DNA from: Stramenopiles sp. TOSAG23-2
Lineage: Eukaryota
Assembly: GCA_900128395.1 (NCBI GenBank)
Contig: LT649248.1
Location: 1-61,616 of the forward strand
Direction of reading: 5' to 3'
DNA length: 61,616 bases
Shown here piece after piece: positions 53,601 to 61,616 of the stretch. A program made the translations under genes and the position numbers. The notes beneath the pieces are model-generated. The model was not told the origin of the DNA and did not search any database. It saw nothing but the letters and a program-made list of their open reading frames with translations. How positions within the stretch are numbered: position 1 is the stretch's first letter; each line of letters starts with the position of its first letter.

Positions 53601-55422
53601 CGACTTCCTCATATGAACCGAAAAAACGACAATTATAATCGCAAAAGAAATGTTGTACATCCTCACCTTTCGTCTCCTCGTCATCAAGTTCATTATTACC
53701 ATTGCTAAATAATTTATCCAAACATAAATTTTCCAAAGCATCATTAAGATAATTTGTTTTCTTTGCTTTTGTTATTGAATGAGGTGGGTCAATATGACAA
53801 CACATGGAACAAGCTGGGCAAAAAGCGCGGCATTCTACAGGAATTTTTTCTTCTTCAACAAATTTATGAAATTTCATCAGCTCCTTGCCTTTGATAGGTT
53901 TATACTTTCCAGATTTTTTCGATTTCCAATGCATGAAACATTCATCATTTAATGCAGCTTCTTTATGCAAACGAAACGTTGATGATTGATCCCTGCCTAT
54001 TTTACAAAAACAAGTTTCACAATACAATACAGATGATTGAGGAGAAACTTCTGTTCCACATTCGTATCGTAGCATCTCGTTGGAATCACTATTTTTTCGC
54101 CAGTATGACTTGCAACTTGTACATTGCCATCTCTCTCCATTTGACAATGGTTTTACACATAAGCGCAATGGATGAATATGTTTCTTCACACTTGTTGGTT
54201 CAAAATAACGTAATTCTCCATGGTAAGCGGTAAGTGCACGATCAAATAGATGGGATAACATTTGTAATTGGGACAATTTTTCCAACGTTATGAAACATTT
54301 ACAATCGGGATCTACACATTTCAATCCATCTTTTGTGATAAAATTGCTTCGATCTTCCAATGATTGGCGAAAGTAATTTGTCGAACAAGGGACACATATA
54401 TGATGTGAACAATTTTCTGTAGTGCGAAAGATGAATGAATTATCAACTGATATATCACAAATTTTACATTTGACTTTAGTCGAACATATTTTGACTTGTT
54501 TTAAAATTGGTTTATCACATGCATGGCATATCATGGAAGAAGGATGGTCAATATTATTATTATTACTACTAGTGACGCATTTGTCACAATACGAGATATG
54601 GCCACATGGAACATTTAACATATTTGCCAGTCGATTATGACAATTTGCACAATCTTCTGCACGAATATTATTAGCAATTTGTATAGTATTTTCATTCATT
54701 TTTTTTGATAACAATAATTGCGTTGTTTTGATGACGTCGTTACCATTGTTTGCCAATAGACTTGATACATCATCCGTGTTTATTTGAAATGTTGTGCTTA
54801 ATAAATATAACATTGCATTTTTATTATTTGATAATAATGCTTTTTGAGAAACTTCTTGTTGTTTTTTTATTTGATCTTGTTGGGAAGTATCATATATAGA
54901 TTTTGCACGTTGATATGCAATGTTCAAACGAAACGTATTAGATGTAATAAATTTTTGCGGTACTTTTGAATGATAAGACTCTTCTTGAATCATATCTTGA
55001 AACTTTTTAAATATATTCTTTTTCGACTCTTTTTGTTCCAACGATGTTAATATTTTTGTATGAATATTTTCAAGTGCTTTGCATTGTGAGTTACTATCAT
55101 TTGTTTTATGTTTGTTTGAATCTTCTGTCTCTATATCATTACTAGGGTGCTCTTCCAAAACATCTTGTTTTAGACCTGACGTTGATAGAACATTAATTTG
55201 TGTAAAAATATTATTATCATTACTATTAATATTATTATTACTACTATTGAATATATTAGTAAACATACTTTTGAACATTGGTGTTGATGTTTCAAACATT
55301 AACATTTTTTTCTGGTCATTTTTTGTATTATTATTTGATATACTATTTTCATTTTTTATTATAATATCATTATCATTGATAATTGTTTCCGTAGAAGCTG
55401 TTTTTAACGTAAAATTTTCCAT
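50668..55422 (-). CDS. RBR-type E3 ubiquitin ligase (1584 aa) with CUE/UBA-like, extra RING, NAC and PDZ-like inserts
   Basis: RING [15 protein letters not shown]; RING1 CKIC..[15 protein letters not shown]; split IBR (RAFCPAC ... CKHC..[10 protein letters not shown]..SC); RING2 [21 protein letters not shown]. Confidence 0.85.
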   Translation of the reverse strand: [1584 protein letters not shown]

Positions 55423-55444
55423 TGTTGTGAACGATCAATAGATG

Positions 55445-55578
55445 TATATCTCTTCTTCCTTTCGCATGGATTTGTTCACTCTTTATCTACAATCGTGTTT
55501 GTTCTTTCTCTTATATCTCTTCTTCCTTTCACATGGATTTGTTCACTCTATATCTACAATTGCGTTTGTTCTTTCCCT
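55445..55578 (+). repeat. ~67-bp tandem duplication immediately upstream of the RBR ligase start
   Basis: tatctcttcttcctttc(g/a)catggatttgttcactct(t/a)tatctacaat..tttgttctttc x2. Confidence 0.85.
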
Positions 55579-56219
55579 CACTTTAAATCTATAAATATAC
55601 CGACCTTTCATTCAACAATTATAGCACAATAACAAAATAATAAGCACATCATCATAGCACCATAGCACCATACCGGCATACCACGGCATACTACTGGCAT
55701 AAATAAACTTATAAACTAAAAAAAAAATAATAAAAAAAATTGTGACGTCGTATTTTGTGCTATATAGAGCTGTTATGTACATGCTAGTATACTGTAGAAT
55801 AGATTGTTGCATTTTAATTTGTAATTTAAATTTGTTGCTTTGGTCTATGTTGCGGAGAAAATTAGATGCGTAAAATTTGATAGGGATTTTAGATGGTAAA
55901 GGTATACTGTATATTTTTGTCAACATACATTTGTTAAAAATTCGGTGTGAATAAGTACAATAAAAATCAAGGTTATCAATATACAAATAGCACCACTGAT
56001 AGGAAGTTCAATCGTATTCTAAGATCAAGAATTGAGGATTGATTTCTTCTAAAAAAACGTCATAAAAAGGAAAAAGGGGGAAATATATATATATTTGTCG
56101 AAACACAAGTTGTGACTTGACTGATGACATTGATGTGATGAATGGATAACATCAAATTATATAGTTGCAAGAAGGTAAGTTTGTTCTGTGTTTACGATAT
56201 ATACGCACACACGTGAAAG

Positions 56220-56957
56220 ATGAAACGAATCATATGCATCATAGTATTATGTTTGTTAATATGTAATGTACAATATATTTATGCAAATAAAATACAATTT
56301 AGTTTTACGAAAAAAATCGATGAGATAGTAGAAGAAGAAAAAAACGAGGATATCAGTAGTAGTAGTAATGATGATCAAGATGATAATGTGAACGAGGATA
56401 ATGACAATAATGCTATGATTGATAATGAAAATGATCGTACAAGCTTTCGTTTTAAATCAACTGCATCATTAAATACGTTGATGGACACATCCGATTCGAT
56501 GAATGCAGGTAAAGGTGGCGGAAAGAAAAAATCAAAATCACAAAAGAAAGCTGCAAAAAAACAAAAGAAAGCTGCTAAAAAGAAATCAAAAGCTGCAAAA
56601 AAAGCAAGTAAAAAATGTTCAAAAAAAGGTGGCAAAGGTTGTAAAAAGCCAACATCGAAGAAGCCAAAAAAGCCATCGATTACGAAAAAAGTAACAAAAA
56701 CTGTGACAACAAAAACAAGTACTACTACTTTATCAAGTATTTCTTCAATTGGCGAAGAACCATGTATTATGTGTGAATAAGTCATGGATTCATTTGACGA
56801 TACATGTTATCATGATTTCCCAAGGGAATACCAAACGGTATGTAAAAATATGTATCATTATGGTGGTGAAATTGTAGAAATGATGTTGCATAATTTTCAA
56901 GATTGGGAAATTTGTCAGAAATTCATGTGTCCAGCCAATTTCTTCGATGAAAAATAA
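56220..56957 (+). CDS. Secreted Lys-rich protein with a C-terminal saposin-B-like domain interrupted by an in-frame TAA (56778-56780)
   Basis: Signal peptide; the frame continues after the TAA: CIMCE*VMDSFDDTCYHDFPREYQTVCKNMYHYGGEIVEMMLHNFQDWEICQKFMCPANFFDEK* (six Cys). Confidence 0.7.
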
Positions 56958-57497
56958 ACAAACCTATTTTTAAATATATTATAATTAAAATATTAATAAT
57001 AAAATATCAAATATCATAACCTTTTTTCTTTTTATAAAAAATAAAAAAATAACTTTTTACATGTGTGTGTGATGAATAATATTTTAATGATATGAATAAC
57101 ACTACACAGCATTGAAAAAAGTTCAAACAACATCTCTCCAATATACCTTAATAAATCCACCGACAACTCTTCATCCACTCGTCATCCCCAATAGGGATGT
57201 TTCTACTCAGGAAACCCCGCTATGCTATTCGCATATACAGTATGGCAGCGAGGATGTTTCATACAGTATGTTGTTGTTGTTGGTTGTTGTTGGCGTAATC
57301 ATTTTTTTTTATTTTATTGATGGACAGTCCAACGAGAACTGGAGAACATATATCCTTTTTTTTAGCATTTTTTTTATTTAGAATCAATATATATATATAT
57401 ACGAATATATATAAAACTACGCAATATATTGGTCTATACATATAAATTAAAAGCGATACTACAAAATAATAATAATAAATACACACAGACAACAGCA

Positions 57498-59237
57498 ATG
57501 GCAGCAATACCAGCAAACTTAAAAGAATTAACTGGTCCAGGGGGTCCATTTGAAATGGGAGAAGATACATGGACATGTGGACATAAAAAAGTTACCTCTA
57601 CCTGTTTTTTAAGGACACCAAGAACAATGCGTGATTTATATGATTTATCATTCTCAAAATATTCCAACTTGGAATGTTTTGTTTATGAAAACGAACGTTA
57701 TACATTTGGTAAAGTACAACAAATTTGTAGTGCTCTTGCGACATATTTAGTGCAAGATGTAGGTGTAAAACATGGCGATCGTGTAGCAGTTGCAATGAGA
57801 AACTTTGTGGAATGGCCAATGACCTACATAGCTAGTACCGGTATTGGTGCCGTTTGCGTGCCATTAAATTCTTTATGGAAAGAAAAAGAATTAGATTATG
57901 GCCTCAGGGATTCAGGCACTACGGTATTAATTTGCGATGAAGACAGATATGAATATAGTAAATCAACTATTAAAGATTTAGGTATACATACAATTGTCGT
58001 ACGTTGTGACAAAGATTTGCCTGGTACAATATCATTTGAACAAGTTATTGCTAAAAGAGCTGGAAGTAATATGCCTTTAAATACTGCAACACATGATGAT
58101 ATTGCAGCAATTATGTATACTAGTGGTACAACAGGTTTCCCAAAAGGAGTTGTTCATACACATAGGAATATTACAAATCAAATGTCAAGACTGTTATTAG
58201 GAGCAGCTGCGACACCACGTCCTGATAATGCACCGCAAGATTGCCGAATATGCCCTGTACCGTTATTCCACGTAACTGCATCACATCATATCTTTCTTGA
58301 TTCCATCGTACGTGGTGCACGTTTAGTTTTAATGTTTAAATGGGATGCTGGGAAAGCATTAAAATTAATTCACGAGGAAAGGCCAGGTGCATGGACAGGA
58401 GTACCGACGATGGTACAAGATTTGATGGAACATCCAGATTTTGATAAGTATGATTTATCAAGTTTAAAAAGTATTGGTGGTGGTGGTGGTCCAACTCCAA
58501 CATCACAAGTTTCGAAAACAGCGAAGAAATTCAAAGGTGGTGTTCCATCACAAGGATACGGGTTAACGGAAACAAATGGTGGTATTACTGGTATTGGTGG
58601 AAAAGAATATTTGGAACATCCAACAAGTTGTGGTAAACCTGCACCAGGTTTAGTACAAGCATGTATTATTGATCAAGATGCCGGTGCCAGTCCAACTGGT
58701 GAACTGCCAAAAAATACTCCAGGGGAATTATTAATCAAAGGTCCATTAGTAATGTCACATTATTGGAATAAAAGAGAGAAAACGGATGATTCCATTATTA
58801 CCGTACCTGGAAAAGGACATGGTTGGTTTCGTACTGGTGATATTGCACGTATTGATGATGAAGGTTATATTTACATTATGGATCGAGCAAAAGATTTAAT
58901 TATCCGTGGTGGGGAAAATATTTCATGTGCGGAAGTGGAAGCAGCATTCTTTAGTTATGATAAAGTAATGGAATTAGCAGCATTTGCTATTAAAGATGAT
59001 AGATTAGGTGAAAGAGTTGGTGTCATGTTTGTACCTAAAAAAGGCCAAACATTATCGCAACCAGAATTATTACAACATGTTCAAGGTAAAATAGCTGGAT
59101 TTAAAATTCCAAAACCAGAAGATATGTTTTTTCAAAATGAAATTTTACCACGTGGTGCAACTGGTAAAATTTTGAAACGTGAAGTTCGAAATCAAATTAA
59201 CGATATGCTCGAAAAAGCAAAGCAAGGTAGAATGTAA
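57498..59237 (+). CDS. AMP-binding acyl-CoA ligase (long-chain fatty acid-CoA ligase-like), possible PTS1 variant -GRM
   Basis: YTSGTTGFPKG, PLFHV, QGYGLTET, WFRTGDI, DRAKDLIIRGGENIS, LPRGATGKILK; first ATG at 57498. Confidence 0.92.
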   Translation: MAAIPANLKELTGPGGPFEMGEDTWTCGHKKVTSTCFLRTPRTMRDLYDLSFSKYSNLECFVYENERYTFGKVQQICSALATYLVQDVGVKHGDRVAVAMRNFVEWPMTYIASTGIGAVCVPLNSLWKEKELDYGLRDSGTTVLICDEDRYEYSKSTIKDLGIHTIVVRCDKDLPGTISFEQVIAKRAGSNMPLNTATHDDIAAIMYTSGTTGFPKGVVHTHRNITNQMSRLLLGAAATPRPDNAPQDCRICPVPLFHVTASHHIFLDSIVRGARLVLMFKWDAGKALKLIHEERPGAWTGVPTMVQDLMEHPDFDKYDLSSLKSIGGGGGPTPTSQVSKTAKKFKGGVPSQGYGLTETNGGITGIGGKEYLEHPTSCGKPAPGLVQACIIDQDAGASPTGELPKNTPGELLIKGPLVMSHYWNKREKTDDSIITVPGKGHGWFRTGDIARIDDEGYIYIMDRAKDLIIRGGENISCAEVEAAFFSYDKVMELAAFAIKDDRLGERVGVMFVPKKGQTLSQPELLQHVQGKIAGFKIPKPEDMFFQNEILPRGATGKILKREVRNQINDMLEKAKQGRM

Positions 59238-59456
59238 AAATGTGTGTTAGTGTAAAATAATTTGTAAAGAGAGAGAGAGAGGAGAGAAGAGGAAAAAGAT
59301 CTGTGGAGAGTTTATTTTGGAATTCAATTTATACACCGGGTACATTTTACGTATTCGTATATATATTTTAATAAAACTTTTATTTTACGTAAAAACAAGC
59401 ATTAAAAAATGTACGAAGTCGTATGCACGCCACTTTCCTTTTCCAAATCTTCCATA

Positions 59457-59717
59457 TTGATCTGAACCCCATCCAACAACAAGGACATTTTCATATATTT
59501 TGTTACAAATGTTCCCAACCATTTTACCAAAGAGTCTATCCGGTACTTTTTCATAATATCCATCTGGACATTCCTCTACGCACGTACCATTAAATAAAAA
59601 CAAATGATGCCTACATTCTTTGCACATATTTGATGTTTCATTACACCATTGACAATGTTCATGACATGCGGCATGAATTGATGTGATGAATAGGCAAAAA
59701 CAAATTAATCGTAACAT
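59457..59717 (-). pseudogene. 5' fragment of a secreted protein (furin-like Cys repeat, start of an RCC1-like repeat), truncated at an inversion junction
   Basis: Signal peptide; CHEHCQWC..CKEC..GTCVEECPDGYY furin-like repeat; VVGWGSDQYG, then the frame runs into an inverted copy of the esterase 3' flank. Confidence 0.6.
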
Positions 59718-60582
59718 GATGTAAATTTTAAATATTCTACCGTTCGATTTATTCTAAAAATAGAAAAATGTTTTTAAAAAAAAAAATGGATCTATAAATA
59801 TTCCAGGTGTATTATTATTATATCTCACAAATAAACAATAAATATATACTGTATAATTTTTTTATTACTACTAATCTTTTATATATATATATTTCTTTTC
59901 TATAAATGTGTTGATTCAATATGTATATCATGCATGTGATAATCATGTCCTACACTTTAAACGTTCCTATACATGTATATTCGTTTTATATATATATATT
60001 TGTTATGTCTTACCATCATGGCATCATTCGTTATATTGTCATACCTGGTACAGTCGATCCAGATCTTAATCTGGAATCACCCCCCCCTCCGATTAAACGC
60101 CTCCTTACCCCAAAATTTTTACATTTAAGTACAATGTTAGTATACTATAATTCAACTAATTGATAGGACATCGACGAAAAGTCATTTTTAAGGAATTTGT
60201 TTGATCTAAAATTGATTCCCCCTGGTTTGAGCTTCCTGTCTTCCTCCTGTATTAGACCTATTCCTTCTTACTTTTTTTTTCTTTTGGTTTTGCTTGGTAT
60301 TTTATTACTGCAACCTAAAAAAATGCACTTCTTTATTAGCACTTTATTATTATTAAGCAGCTTTAACTTTATTATAATATTTATCGCAATCCTAATCCAG
60401 AGAGGCAATCATCTGTCGCAATCAATCGCACTTTATTAGGAGAGTATATATAGCTTAACATTTTTTGGTCATTCTATATTTCATTCAATTTATAATAATT
60501 TAATATAATATATTCATCGCATCATTTTATTGTTATTATTTTTATATATCACACCTTCGTAAAACAGAATCATTCATCGTTC

Positions 60583-61560
60583 ATGAGTTTTCAAGAAATT
60601 ATTTATTATACCCATCAAAATGGACGTAAATTAAAACTACGTTTATTTGATACAAATAATAAATTGCAGCAACAACCATCCCCTTGCGTTATGTTTGTAC
60701 AAGGTTCTGGATTTTTTGGTGGACCACATTTATTAAATATATCACCTCCATACCTTGATGCTTTATTAAACAATGGTTACTCGGTAGCACAGATTGAACA
60801 TCGTGGCTCCATTGAAAATGGCATTTTTCCAAATCCATTAAATGATATTACATGTGCTATCCGATATTTAATGGGAAATGCAAAAGATTTGAATTTAGAT
60901 ATTAATAAATTTGCCATGTTTGGTAGATCTTCTGGTGGATATTTCACATCAATGATTGGTGTATTAAGTACTAATGATAACGTTGGAGCAATGAGCCAAG
61001 AAATTGTGAAAAAATTACATGGTACAACAATGGGTCCATATGTTAATATATTTCCAAAAATTAAATGTGCAGTATGTTTTTTTCCACCAACAGATTTATT
61101 ATTAATGGATTTTCATACACCAGAACATTTAAGAAAGGAGACATGGGGAGTGCGAAGAAAATTACCAAATGGTGCTAAAATTCATTTACCGCATGATCAT
61201 CCATCATCACCAGAAGCATATTATATGGGATTTCCAATACAGACAAAACCATTGGAAGTACAACTAGCAAATCCATTAACATATGTTAATAAAAAGACAA
61301 TCCCATTTTTATTAGTTCATGGAGATGCTGATGGTACAGTCCCGTGTGGGCAAAGTCAAGTTTTGTATAAAAAATTAACAAGTGATGATGTTGATGGAAT
61401 CAATGTTCGGAAACATAAATATATTGAAGTAAAAGGTGGAGGGCATGGAACACCACATTTTTTAGAAAAAAATATTGAAAATGAATTTTTAGATTTTTTA
61501 GAAAAACATTTAATGATGAAGGAAGAAGATGGTAGTAAGCAACAAGAGAGTCGGTTGTGA
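60583..61560 (+). CDS. Alpha/beta hydrolase (BD-FAE/HSL-like esterase), PTS1 -SRL
   Basis: VQGSGF oxyanion region, GRSSGG nucleophile elbow, PFLLVHGDADGTVP, GGGHG; C-terminal SRL. Confidence 0.88.
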   Translation: MSFQEIIYYTHQNGRKLKLRLFDTNNKLQQQPSPCVMFVQGSGFFGGPHLLNISPPYLDALLNNGYSVAQIEHRGSIENGIFPNPLNDITCAIRYLMGNAKDLNLDINKFAMFGRSSGGYFTSMIGVLSTNDNVGAMSQEIVKKLHGTTMGPYVNIFPKIKCAVCFFPPTDLLLMDFHTPEHLRKETWGVRRKLPNGAKIHLPHDHPSSPEAYYMGFPIQTKPLEVQLANPLTYVNKKTIPFLLVHGDADGTVPCGQSQVLYKKLTSDDVDGINVRKHKYIEVKGGGHGTPHFLEKNIENEFLDFLEKHLMMKEEDGSKQQESRL

Positions 61561-61616
61561 TTATGGAAGATTTGGAAAAGGAAAGTGGCGTGCATACGAC
61601 TTCGTACATTTTTTAA

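Larger units (their letters stand above)
59402..61616. repeat. Perfect 55-bp inverted repeat (59402-59456 versus 61562-61616)
   Basis: ttaaaaaatgtacgaagtcgtatgcacgccactttccttttccaaatcttccata is the exact reverse complement of the last 55 nt of the window. Confidence 0.92.

Noticed and set aside
56778-56780. Genome-wide stop-codon reassignment
   Set aside because: TAA, TAG and TGA all end conserved genes at expected positions, and long ORFs have no internal stops

Overview
AT-rich, gene-dense, intron-poor eukaryotic nuclear DNA in the standard genetic code, with many poly-Asn tracts. It probably comes from a flagellated protist: CFAP157/BBOF1-like and Dpy-30/EF-hand genes point to a flagellum, and a stramenopile-like lineage is only a guess. 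About 23 protein genes are supported, and only two have visible spliceosomal introns (TMEM53-like, hexokinase). Housekeeping genes include PNP, PPOX, a CaiB/BaiF CoA-transferase, hexokinase, TMEM18, WEE1, an aldo-keto reductase, an acyl-CoA ligase, an esterase and two methyltransferases. Main observations: (1) a 3438-aa multipass membrane protein combining SH3, Tudor-like, fibronectin type II and EF-hand domains; (2) an RBR E3 ligase whose IBR is split by a ~530-aa insert carrying a NAC-beta/BTF3 domain; (3) a hexokinase with both an N-terminal mitochondrial-like leader and a C-terminal peroxisomal SKL, one of 4-5 PTS1-ending enzymes here; (4) a saposin-like domain hidden behind an in-frame TAA; (5) a G-U-rich candidate structured RNA at ~432-580; (6) a 232-bp foldback element; (7) a perfect 55-bp inverted repeat at the contig end that marks an inversion or chimera truncating a gene. 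No CRISPR array, tRNA or rRNA was recognised. All domain calls are by eye and were not database-checked.
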